From a virus: a stretch of 64,000 bases of DNA. The stretch lies in IMG/VR virus record IMGVR_UViG_3300009537_000005. One strand, 5' to 3'. Both the position numbers and the translations under genes were made by a program. Under the pieces are notes generated by a model that was not told where the DNA came from, made no database searches, and saw only the letters and a list, made by a program, of their open reading frames with translations. Shown one piece after another: positions 33,840-44,400 of the stretch (its first letter is position 1; every line of letters starts with the position of its first letter).

Positions 33840-34345
33840 TATACACCCCTCAACAAAGCACCGCTTAGGGTTGCCTTAACTTTTTTATTGTAAACCAAAG
33901 CGCCAGCGGCACTTTGACGTACCCATACCGCGACCGTATCTCCGGCAGAAAGCTCTAAGGTGGCCGCTCCGTTAAACCATCCTCTACCATTAGAAAGATA
34001 CACGGTGGCAGGAGCATAAGCAATGCCGTTAATCATCAAATAAACATACCATCCTGCTCCACCGTCTTGTCCGCCGGGATCGCCTCCAGTAAATGAAATT
34101 GCCCACACACCGCCATATCCAGTTGGAATTGTGACAATGGTGTCGTCTACTCCAGAAGAGAAGAACGAAGATCCCGCCGGTTGTTCGTAAATAATGTTTT
34201 CAAAGGAAACCGAAGTGGTATTGTCAACGTTTACTGTGTAGCTACTATCGCGTTGTACCATAAAGCCAGCGAAATCGAGGCCGCTCCCACCACCACTCAG
34301 AGACTTTCCTCCGTGATGTCCCAATCCCAATAGAAGGAGACCCAT
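33839..34345 (-). CDS. tail module protein
   Basis: ORF track; ATGA overlap. Confidence 0.4.
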   Translation of the reverse strand: MGLLLLGLGHHGGKSLSGGGSGLDFAGFMVQRDSSYTVNVDNTTSVSFENIIYEQPAGSSFFSSGVDDTIVTIPTGYGGVWAISFTGGDPGGQDGGAGWYVYLMINGIAYAPATVYLSNGRGWFNGAATLELSAGDTVAVWVRQSAAGALVYNKKVKATLSGALLRGV

Positions 34346-34770
34346 TAGTCACCCCACAACAGTCCAGTTAGTCCACCGTCGGCGTGCGCCACCGTGCTTC
34401 TAATAGAAAAGTAACCCGCTTCGATACCCATTATGTTTGCCGCTCCGAGCATTCCTGCTCCGGGTTCAGCACATAAAAAGATCGTCGTTAGAGTAGCACC
34501 AGAGCTTCTACCATAGTTTAGCTTGATAGGAACCGTGCTGATTGCCACAGCAGTTGACCCGCTGATAGCAAAGCCACGAAGTCGAAAGGTAGGAAGGGAA
34601 CCGTAGTGTGGAGTTTGACTTGACAAAGATGAAACATACCCACTCATAGGATTCCATTCGACTATAAGACCCGCCGCGGTCGAATGACCACTAGCGAACC
34701 ACGGTCGATTTTGATTTGCCATATTTTCCTCTAATAAAGATAAAGCCGGGGGACCGAGCCCCCGGCCCAT
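34345..34770 (-). CDS. head-tail joining protein candidate
   Basis: ORF track. Confidence 0.35.
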   Translation of the reverse strand: MGRGLGPPALSLLEENMANQNRPWFASGHSTAAGLIVEWNPMSGYVSSLSSQTPHYGSLPTFRLRGFAISGSTAVAISTVPIKLNYGRSSGATLTTIFLCAEPGAGMLGAANIMGIEAGYFSIRSTVAHADGGLTGLLWGD

Positions 34771-34794
34771 AGTTCAGACCATTGCTGATCTAGG

Positions 34795-35217
34795 TTAGGT
34801 TGTTACACCATCCCACGAAACGGTTGAGTTTGATGTCTTGGCGTTCAGTCCTCGGCTACCCGGAATTGCCAGATATCGGTTGTCGTTGAGACCAACGAAC
34901 TCGATAGTCTGTCCATCTTCCGACGTAGAGTTAAACTGCGCCCATACGTATGTTGTACCGTCTAGGATGATATCAAACGCAGTGCTCGGACCGATTAAGG
35001 TACCGGAGCTAACAGCGTCCGCCGTGAACGCAAATCTAAATGACAATCCAAATTCAGGAGTTGGCAATTGGATTCGCTGGGCAGATGACTGACCGCCTAC
35101 CAATAACAGCCGACCGGCGTCTTCTGAGGCAACCGTAGTTGCGGTAGACGCTGTAGACAGTTTTTTAGGCAGTCCATGTCGTGCGCCTAACCCCATGTAT
35201 GAAGGAACTCTACTCAT
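34795..35217 (-). CDS. head-tail joining protein candidate
   Basis: ORF track. Confidence 0.35.
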   Translation of the reverse strand: MSRVPSYMGLGARHGLPKKLSTASTATTVASEDAGRLLLVGGQSSAQRIQLPTPEFGLSFRFAFTADAVSSGTLIGPSTAFDIILDGTTYVWAQFNSTSEDGQTIEFVGLNDNRYLAIPGSRGLNAKTSNSTVSWDGVTT

Positions 35218-35238
35218 AGTTTTTCTCCTGGGTTAGGT

Positions 35239-35964
35239 TTACGCAGTTGTTCCTGCTGCTATTTGGAATAGCTGGGCAGTTGAGTTAGTTGCGTTGTTCA
35301 ACACGTTCTGAAGGCCCCAGATCGGGCCCGCTGTTGAGATGCAGATGAACTTGAACCAGTTCGGTCCAGATGATACGTGCGTCACGGCTCCGGTTGAAAT
35401 CACTGTGTTAGTGCTGTCGATATGAGCCCAAATCTCTCCACCAGCATTGGCACCTGTAGTCATGAAGTGATATTGGTCGCCCGCCGTTGTGTTTAGAATG
35501 AAATCGAACTCCATACCAACGGCCAGATTGCCCGATGATGGTAAGTGATAGAAGCAGCTTGATGCCCCCACCGTGCTGATGACGTGTAGCTTTCCGGCAT
35601 TTGACGACAGTACCGTGTACTGTGTCGTAGCGCCAGCTAGAGCTACCTGTCCTTTCTTACCGGCAGAGTCAAGAATCTGAGCGCCGCCAGCGAACAAACC
35701 AGAAGAGTTCATTTCCATCTTGACTGATGATCCAGATAGTGCTAGGAAACCACCATCAGCGTCAAGTGCCGCAACGTCATTACCTGCGATTGTTGAGCCT
35801 TCTGGTACATAGTCTCGGAATGTGAAGAATCGTCCAGTGTTTGCAGTTGAGTGAGTAAACGTTAGCATAGTTCGAGATGAATCGAACTGTCGCATTTCGG
35901 ACTCGCCCCTGCTTGGTAGTGCTAGGCCGTTATAAAAATTACGACCTAAAGGTGTCTTAGGCAT
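35239..35964 (-). CDS. virion protein (Ig-like/decoration candidate)
   Basis: ORF track; immediately downstream of the capsid gene. Confidence 0.4.
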   Translation of the reverse strand: MPKTPLGRNFYNGLALPSRGESEMRQFDSSRTMLTFTHSTANTGRFFTFRDYVPEGSTIAGNDVAALDADGGFLALSGSSVKMEMNSSGLFAGGAQILDSAGKKGQVALAGATTQYTVLSSNAGKLHVISTVGASSCFYHLPSSGNLAVGMEFDFILNTTAGDQYHFMTTGANAGGEIWAHIDSTNTVISTGAVTHVSSGPNWFKFICISTAGPIWGLQNVLNNATNSTAQLFQIAAGTTA

Positions 35965-36048
35965 GTTATTTCCTTCCCTTGTTTGATATAAGGAGGGCTA
36001 AACCGTGGTCAGGGAAAACCTTTAGCTTTAGCCCCCCGTAATTTCCGA

Positions 36049-37278
36049 TTAGATGCCGATCACTTGTCGCTCTGCACCAACTTCCAGACGGAACAATCTA
36101 TTCTCGGCTGGTCGGCCGAAGCCGATGATGTGTCGCCAACCCAAGGTTCGGAACTGCTTCAGTGTACCGGTGTCATCCGGAGGGATGATCCGACCAAATT
36201 CACCTTCAGCGCCGTCATACACCTTGGCTAGAGAGTTAGCACCGAAGACTACAACGGCGTGTGCTTGGTTGTAGCTTTCTACGATGGCACCAGAACTGTA
36301 AGCGTAGTTTAGTCCGCCGTTGGGTCCGGAACCGATGACGTTCATGCTTGTTGTCGTACCGTCTACTACGTAGAAGGTCTCGACTTCTGCATTTTCGCCA
36401 AGTGCTGTGGTTTCTCTGTTACCAATTGTGAAGTATGAGTTACTTGCAGATGAAATTGATGTGTTTAGATTGATAGATGTTGAGCCTGCGCTCACATCTG
36501 CGGATAGAGAAGCGCTCGTCGGACCTCGGCTTGATCCGCCGCCCATGAAGATTTTCGCGTTGTTGCTTTGAACGATCTTCACACCGGACATAGTCATGCC
36601 GATTTCGCCGTTTAGAACCACTTCTGGTCCGGCATCTCGATACTGTCCGATCAGGATAACTCCTGTATCTTCAGCCAAATCCATTACCACAACATCTCGC
36701 ATAACTGCCGCGAGACCTGCACCAACGCCCGCACCAACAGATGGAATCTTAGGTGCCGCCGACAAGAATGCCGCCGCGTTGTATAGCAGGGCAGGTGTCA
36801 GTTGGTGAGATGATAATCCGGATCGGGCTGTACCAGTACCATATGCAACAGCAGAGCCCGCTATAGCCGCACTTCGTGCGACGAAGTCGATTGTCTGTGC
36901 TGCGTTGTCAGCCACCAATTCTGCCGCCGCCTGCTCTATCGGAACCTGTGATTGAGCCCGAGTTAGAAGACCAAGTTGTACGGCATTACCGTAGAAACTT
37001 GGGCTTACGTCGAAGCTCTGGTCAGCCAGCTGCACAGGAGAGATATCTACATACTCTGACCGTGCTGTGTTAGCTGGCGCTAGTGGGCTGAAGAACGGAA
37101 GTCGCAGACTTGAAAATCTGTTGCCGTCTTGTAGCACACCCTTCTCAGGAACGTAAGAGATAGGCGCTTGGGCATAAACATATTGTAGTGGCTGGCGCAA
37201 TTCATAGTTTCTTTGTAAGATGACAATAAGTGAGTCACCAAGTTCTGATTGGCCTGTAACAGCCATGTTTGCCTCCAA
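36049..37278 (-). CDS. major capsid protein candidate
   Basis: 409 aa directly downstream of the scaffold-like gene, followed by a hairpin; composition consistent with an HK97-fold capsid protein. Confidence 0.5.
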   Translation of the reverse strand: MEANMAVTGQSELGDSLIVILQRNYELRQPLQYVYAQAPISYVPEKGVLQDGNRFSSLRLPFFSPLAPANTARSEYVDISPVQLADQSFDVSPSFYGNAVQLGLLTRAQSQVPIEQAAAELVADNAAQTIDFVARSAAIAGSAVAYGTGTARSGLSSHQLTPALLYNAAAFLSAAPKIPSVGAGVGAGLAAVMRDVVVMDLAEDTGVILIGQYRDAGPEVVLNGEIGMTMSGVKIVQSNNAKIFMGGGSSRGPTSASLSADVSAGSTSINLNTSISSASNSYFTIGNRETTALGENAEVETFYVVDGTTTSMNVIGSGPNGGLNYAYSSGAIVESYNQAHAVVVFGANSLAKVYDGAEGEFGRIIPPDDTGTLKQFRTLGWRHIIGFGRPAENRLFRLEVGAERQVIGI

Positions 37279-37295
37279 TTATTTACGAGGCGGTA

Positions 37296-38174
37296 TTATG
37301 CTCCTTGATAGTATTTGACATTAGGGTCTTGTGGTTTGTATTTAATGTCGTGCTCTTCATACGAAGTTGCCAACAGTTTGTCTACCTCCGCCTTGGCCGC
37401 TCTGGCCGCGTCGGAACCAGCACCCTTAGTTCGAATAGCATCTTGTAGGGCTTTCATCACCGCGTCGTAGTTTTCGCTTGTTGGGGGTGTTACGTCATTG
37501 GAGGGTGGCGGGGTTCCTCCCCCACCTTCAGGTAGTGCCGCCGCCACAGGGATTTCGGCCCCAGTCCTGATAGCAATGTACAAATCGTTGAGTGCGGTGT
37601 AAGCGTCGATCTTTGTATCATAGCGTCCAGACTGAACCTGAGCTAGAGCGTCTGCTGGTATCTCTAACTCGTCCTTTGTGGCACGATCTTGGATATTCTG
37701 CACGGCTTGTGCCCACTCCATTTCCCACTCAGCTTTTCTCTGAGCTGTTCGTCCCGCTTCGTCCGGAGCGGGTTGGATTGAAGTTAGAGCTTCTTGTATT
37801 TTAGCGTCCAGCGCTGATTCGAGATTCTGCGTTGCTTCTGCTCGTTCGATCTGCGCTAAAATATCATCCCAATTGCCGTCCGCTTCTTCGACTCGAGACT
37901 TGATGTTCAAAAGCTCGTCAAGTTTAGTTTCAAATCGACCATAGCGACGGTCATGTTTGGATTGGACTTCTCGCTCGGCTAATTGTTCCAACAGTTCCTT
38001 TTGGGCGTCGGAAAATGATGCCAGCTTCTCGTCCAAAAGCTCTGACACACGCTCCTCAGTAATCCCACTCGGAACCGAAGGTTGCTGTCCCTCTGCGACG
38101 CTTGAAACTTCTCCCACGGACGGTGCGATAGGTTCCGCGACGCTAGAGGCGCTCTCTAGTTCTTTGTCGGTCAT
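37296..38174 (-). CDS. scaffolding protein candidate
   Basis: Acidic, highly helical/coiled-coil 292-aa protein immediately upstream of the capsid gene; own promoter at 38232-38267. Confidence 0.5.
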   Translation of the reverse strand: MTDKELESASSVAEPIAPSVGEVSSVAEGQQPSVPSGITEERVSELLDEKLASFSDAQKELLEQLAEREVQSKHDRRYGRFETKLDELLNIKSRVEEADGNWDDILAQIERAEATQNLESALDAKIQEALTSIQPAPDEAGRTAQRKAEWEMEWAQAVQNIQDRATKDELEIPADALAQVQSGRYDTKIDAYTALNDLYIAIRTGAEIPVAAALPEGGGGTPPPSNDVTPPTSENYDAVMKALQDAIRTKGAGSDAARAAKAEVDKLLATSYEEHDIKYKPQDPNVKYYQGA

Positions 38175-38231
38175 CTAAGATGCCTCCATTTAATTGTTCG
38201 GTAGTTAAGTGAAAAAGCTAAACTACCGTCT

Positions 38232-38267
38232 ATGTATATTTTGGGACCATTTCATTCGTTTGTCAAG
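38232..38267 (-). promoter_or_regulatory. minus-strand promoter of the TTGACAAA family (scaffold/capsid operon)
   Basis: Reverse complement reads gtcTTGACAaacgaatgaaatgGTCCCAAAATATAcatag. Confidence 0.55.
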
Positions 38268-38289
38268 ACATTTGTGCCAATTTGTGCAT

Positions 38290-38320
38290 TACCAACACAT
38301 AAAACGGTCCTAAAATATAC
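38290..38320 (+). promoter_or_regulatory. divergent plus-strand variant promoter pointing into the 3' end of the giant minus-strand gene
   Basis: TTACCA-N16-TAAAATATAcATG; shares the GGTCCTAAAATATA core; would give an antisense or leaderless transcript over ORF 38321..38578. Confidence 0.3.
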
Positions 38321-38477
38321 ATGGGAGACGTTTATCGACTGGGGAAGATATTGATTTTGCCCATCCAACCCAAATTCAGATGGGTTAGTAATTATCATCC
38401 CAGATGCGAGGGTAATCTGATAGATTATGCTTCCCGCTGTAAGCGGGGCTGTTGGCCCCTGAATTATTCTCATAAGA

Positions 38478-41400
38478 TTATCTACCGCCTAAAAGCTCCC
38501 ATAAATGCGGCGGTAACCCATCTGGGTCGTTCAGAAGTCGTTTTAACGGCCCCGGAGCCAAATTTTCGAATGCTGTAGGCGATTGTCCTTGTACACCCAT
38601 TTGTTCCAATTCCGACTGATATCTCGCCGCCGATGCTTCAAGTTCGCCTTCTCGGGCCAGAGCAATCCGTAAAATACGATCAAACTCCCACCGAACTCTG
38701 GTTTCTAGTTCGGCGTTTTCTTGTAGCATAGACGCGGCACCATTCGGATTGCTGTTTACAATCTTGTAATATCGTCTCGCAGATTGCTTTGTAGACGGCC
38801 ACAATGAATCTGCCTGCGCTCGAATGTGGTCTACCACATCGGCTTGGGTACGATTGTTGGCCGACTGTCCCTGTGCGTAGGACATCACTTGGTCACTAAT
38901 CCATCTTTGTTGTTCATCTACATTGAATGATTGTATCTCAACATTGGGATCAATCACGTTTTCTTCGCCTCTAAAGAATGGGCCCTGCCGTTCTTCTATG
39001 GTGTCTCCCAATTCCAGTACCTTCTGGTCTATGATTGGTAGCATCTCGTCTCGCATAACCAAATAGCCCTTCAATTCTGGGTTGTCCTTGAAGTATTTGT
39101 TAGCAGCTTTGGTTTCTCCCATATCTTTTAGTTCGTGATATACAGACCACTTGTCCCAGATGTTATCCCCAAAGACTTGTTCTACTGTTTGGTAGAACTG
39201 ACCCTTATAGAACTTCTCCAGCTTTTCTACACTGCCGTAGTATGTCATAAGAGACGGACTACCGTTAATTGTCATTTGTTTGAAGTCCAGAGCTTCCTGT
39301 ACGATTGGGTTCGCTTTTAGGAAATTTCGCATGGCGTCTTGGTTAGACTCGTCGAACGATGCGTAATATAAATCCACTTTTTGCCAGATATCCTCGCCAA
39401 AAACCTTTTCGCCGTGTGCCATCATGTCTGAATATTCTTGAGAAGCCCTATCCCAATCTCGTCGAGTTGCGTCCGGAGGTACGTCCAACAAAGCCCCCAG
39501 TTGCATCACGCCGCCCATAAAGTCCAAACGTTGTGCTTCTGATAGCTCCGATAGGTCGCCCTTGTTCGATCTAAATTGTGTAATGGTGTCATAATCCATA
39601 TTAGCCACTTTTGCCATTTCAAACGACATGCCTGGTGGGATACGATTTAGTACGTTCCATGCCAGAGCTTCGTCTCGTTCTAGGCCACCCTTTTTCGCCA
39701 GTAGAATAGTGTCTAAAAACGGATACGCCTCTCGAAGCATGTTCCATCCCTTTGCGTAGTTTTCCTCTGACACGTCTGGTCGGTGAGCTATTAGGTTACG
39801 CATTTCCTTATACATAGTGTCAATTTGAATGTCACCTTCTGGTCGTGGCTTTGCTCCCACACCAAACATAAACTGTCCGGCAATGAGACCCCAATGGCTG
39901 GCACGGTCATGAATTGCCCGCGCTCTGGCCACGTCCCAAATCTCACCTTCCTGTCGATAGGCGGCTTCTATAATTTCGGCCTCAGTCCACTTACCCTCAT
40001 TAACCATCAAACCTAACTGACGACCAACTCTACCGCGTTCGTAGGCTTCTACGCCTACCTTTGAGCCAGTGAATGCCAAAGGATCACCACCGCCCCACAG
40101 GTGAACGGCCGGGTCAATCTCGATTCCCAGACCTTGTGGGTCAACCAGTGCTGTAATGTCTCTGATTGCCTTACTTTGTGGAAGTAGACGACCTGCCCAT
40201 CGCGCGGCGGCTTCTTCTTCTCCCTGTAAGCTGTAGTACGCCGCTAGTCCATAGGTAAATGGCGTCCACACAGACGGTCCCATTTTTTGTATGTCTTCCA
40301 TGGCACCGCCCCACCAGTCCTTTCGTCTTTGTGGGTCAGTGAAGTCAACATTCGTTAGGCCGTGAAGTGGATTAATCATGGCTTCTAGGTTGAAGTACAG
40401 GGGATTTTCTGCGTCCAGACCAAATAGATCGTTAGTGTTCATTTGGTATTTCCACCAGTCCGGTAGACCAGCGTGTTTCTTTTCTAGAAAGCGCCGGTAC
40501 TGTAAGTAGTGAGTCAGGATGGCGGGTGTTTGTACCATTCTTTTCATCCACTTAGCATATGATCGGCTGTACCAGAACTGGTATGGAAAAATTAGACCAG
40601 CGACCATGTCGAACCCGTACCGCTTGCCATAGTTATGCAGAGCAAAGTCCCGCTCTTTTACCGCTACCTGTCCTGCCATGGTTCTTACTTCATTAATTTT
40701 TTCTTGAATACCACTCGCGCCTTCTCGTAGACGAGCCCATTCTTCGTTACTGTAGGCAGCTCTGTGAGGAGAAAGCTGAGGGGAGTCGTCAAGAGTATTT
40801 AGGTGCGCCAACACTTCGTCGATACTTTTCTTTACTTGAGGGAAGGTTGCGTAGTCTGAACGTGCCACTGTAGGTGTGGCATCATCCATGGCCGCTATAA
40901 TAGGAGTAGAAAATCGTTCTGGGGGATCAGTTCTAGGTGTGTATAAATAACGACGACCACCTTCCGCTTCATCAATTATCAAGCCATCAATCTGATCGTA
41001 GAACCTATGTAGGTCTTTTGTATCAGGCTGTATGCCCATTTCTAGTTTGAACTCGTCGGACAATTTCTTCATTTCGTCCATGAATTTGGTTCCTACGCCA
41101 CGTCCTCGTTGTGCTTCCGGAACCACGAACTTACCCGGACGCCATCCCATCCCTTTATTAGTCTTAAATTGCGGCTGAAACAGAGCGTAATCACCATCAC
41201 CCAAATCTATTCTGTAGATGTCCTCGGTGAAGAAGAACTCGTCTTGCATAGACTGTGGTAAATCGGCCTCGTTAACCTTTACATATCGTTCTGCTATTGC
41301 GGATCGAATGGCCGTTTGTTCGACATCCAGGCCGTCTTGAATCGCTTTAATTCGTCTATCAATTTCTGCTATCTCGGCCTGTCTCACTTCTTCTAATTGC

Positions 41401-44400
41401 TCAGGAGCAGTCTTCAGTCTCTTCTCCATCCTGTTCATTCTAGCCGACAATTCGTTATACCTATTGGCATTCTCTGCAACGTCGTCTGGAATTGATATCT
41501 GTGATCGCTTAACACTTCTTCTACCAAGTGGTGTGTTGACATAGATTTTGTCTTGTCCGCCCGGTGTAGTGTATGGTAAACTATCCACGCTAACGCGGAG
41601 CGGCTTGTCTCCGAATCCTGTAACCAGAACTTCACTACCTTCTCGCAGTTCGCCCCAATCTCCAGCCGGATTATTCAGCATATTAATCTCAGTCTGAAGT
41701 TCTCTCATTTGGAACTTGATGCTGTCCCGAGTCTGTCCGCCAAGAAAGATAGTAGTCTTTTCTTCTTCAAGAAGTCTAATTGTCAACGCACTGTCTGGTT
41801 CCTTTCCAGCCAGAATTCTCAACATTTCTTCCGCTCTAGCCTCAGAACCGGCCACGTCTTTGATGGCCTCGCCTAACACGTCGTCTAGAAGACCCATAGT
41901 CTCTTTCGGATCGAATGTTCCGTCCTGCGCTTGTGTGCGTATATTGTGTATGAACCGACGGACGGTTTCGGCAGTTGCTTCTAGCCCCTCTGGTTCTAGG
42001 GCCTTCGATGCCGCCTTTCGAATCATCCATGTGTCGATTAACAAGTCCTCTAGTTCGTTTGCCCCCACTCTTAAAATAGCATTGCCATTTCCGTCCATAA
42101 CCGTTCGGTGCATAGCATCTGCCAGAGAGTGCTTTCGTCGAACCCTCTCAAGCATTGGCTCAATCAGCTTGCTAATTTCTCCTGTACCTTCTGGATCAAG
42201 GACATGTTTGAACTTCTCGATCCCATCCATGTAGTGATTCATTTGCCCAAGAAAGCCTTCCCAATATTCTCGGGTGGCTTTTTCTGTATATCCTCTCCAC
42301 AAAGAATTCTTGAACATTCTATTTAAATCTGCTTTAGGAAGTTCCTCCGCAAATTCCGGAACTGGTCCCATCCAACCTCTTTGCTTGTGCCACAGGTCTA
42401 AAATGGAAATATGTTGCATTTCTGTTACTTCGTCGTTCCACTTCCAAACTTGTGTCCGGAAGTTGAGCATTGTGCGACGTACCCCAGTTTCACCGGCCAT
42501 TACCGAGTCCGCCTTCTTCTTTGATTCTTGAATTACATTGAACATGAAGTCCTTGGCTTTTCGACCCATTGACTTCGCTTCGTCAACACTTCTGGCTCCA
42601 CGCGTAAAATGATTATGTACGGCATCTCCGACCATTCTCAGTGTATCGTCTAGAGCGGCACTGGCCTCGTCAACCATTACTTGAGCAGTGTGAACTTTTC
42701 GTTCGAATAAGTCGCCCAAACGGTTACCTCGTATACCACCCATCCCCTTTTCAATGTCCGCAATCTCTTCTATATAACGTGGGTCTCGACGAATAACTCC
42801 TTCCCCAGAGGCGAGGAAGCCCCGTCCTTGATGCTGATTTACTATTTCATTTAAACGTGTGGCTTGTTCCTGCCTAGAAAGACTTGGGTTTAGCGCTTTC
42901 CGAACGGCGTCGTCAAGGTGTAGTTTCTCTAGAATGGCCAATTGACGGTCATTTAGAAATAGGAGGTTAGACAAATTGTCTACTCCCCGTGCGTCAGCAA
43001 ATTCTACAAGTGCCTTATTCACATCCCCGTAATGCTTCTTAATTAGTCGCTGTAATACCTTCACATCTCCGGGGTTTTTTACAAGCTGATCTAGTCCCTG
43101 CAACGCATATTTCGGCGTAAGAAATCTATTCATGAATCGCTTGACCGACCGAGCCATAACATGCGTACCAGCAATTACTTCGTCTTCTGATGCCTTTGTA
43201 GCGAAGTAATTGAACTTACCTTTCATCCAGTCTCCAGCATCAAACGACGCCGCCGCTCCGCCACCAATACCACGACGTTCTGCGGCTGGAGCAAAGCCAC
43301 CAAGATAATCATTCAAAGTATTTCTAGCCCACTTCCGACTCCAAGGGTTCTCGAAAAACGATTCGGCGGCGGCCTTAGGACTCACGTCCACAAAAAGCAC
43401 AGCGAAGTTACCCATTCTGTTTCTCATACGATATGCTGGGTTAAGTCCCATGAACAAAGTTCCTTGGGCTTTTCCTGCCGCTCTATACGCAGGTCGAACT
43501 TTACTGTATATCTGATGAAGCGTTTGATGTAGCTGGTTGGGTGCATTCGCCGCCCATGGTTTTGTTTCTAGAATCTTATTTGCTTTTGCCACGTCCTCGG
43601 CTTTACCAGACTTTAGCAATTCTGTGTACTTTCCATGTTCTTCAATTCGTCTTCCGATTGTAGGAAAAATATCATTTGTAATTCTCTTTAATTCGTCAGC
43701 TAGGAGTTGGTTTGTTTTCACTATGTCGCCACCGGCTTCGTCTAACAACTCCACGATCCTCTTACCGTTATTATCTCCCATTAATCTACGCCATACGTGT
43801 GCCGTTCGCTGTGCATTTTCTCCGAACAATAAGTTCTTCGGAATGTTGGTGCCCTTTATGGCATTCTGTACGTTTTCAAGCGCTTCCAATCTAGCCACGT
43901 CCTCTAGGTTGCTGTCCAATAACTTAGACAAATCATTCATAAGACGAACGGCGTCGTCTGGTCCTTCCGTCAGAGATACCAATTGGTGAATTGTATCTGA
44001 CATATTTTCTGTTAGTGTATTTTGTAAGGAATCTGCGGTTTCTGTCAGAAGTCCTCGCAGTCCTCCAAGGTCTTCGGCCCTACGAGCATCGCCAGCAATA
44101 TCATCTACAGCTCGCCGTGCTCCGTCGTTTATCCACTGTAACAATTCTGCTGTAGCCTTCTGGATTTTTCCAACGTCTCCTCCTTCTGCCGCAACGTCAA
44201 TCGCCCGCATAAGTCTTTTGCCGTCTCGGGCAACCTTAACGCCATCACCAAATGCGCCTAGATCGGCGGCGAGCGGAAGGAGTTTCTTTGCGCCAAGAGA
44301 AATTAGGTTAAGGGGATCAAATAAGAACTCTCCCATAAGTTCTTCTAGGGGGTCTTCCAATTCCATAGCCAGCAAACGGGGGTCTTCACCAGCGGCTACT

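Noticed and set aside
38321-38578. Plus-strand 85-aa ORF downstream of the variant promoter
   Set aside because: It overlaps the last 100 nt of the 2270-aa minus-strand gene. It is more likely a noncoding antisense transcript or a chance frame. It is kept only as part of the promoter finding.
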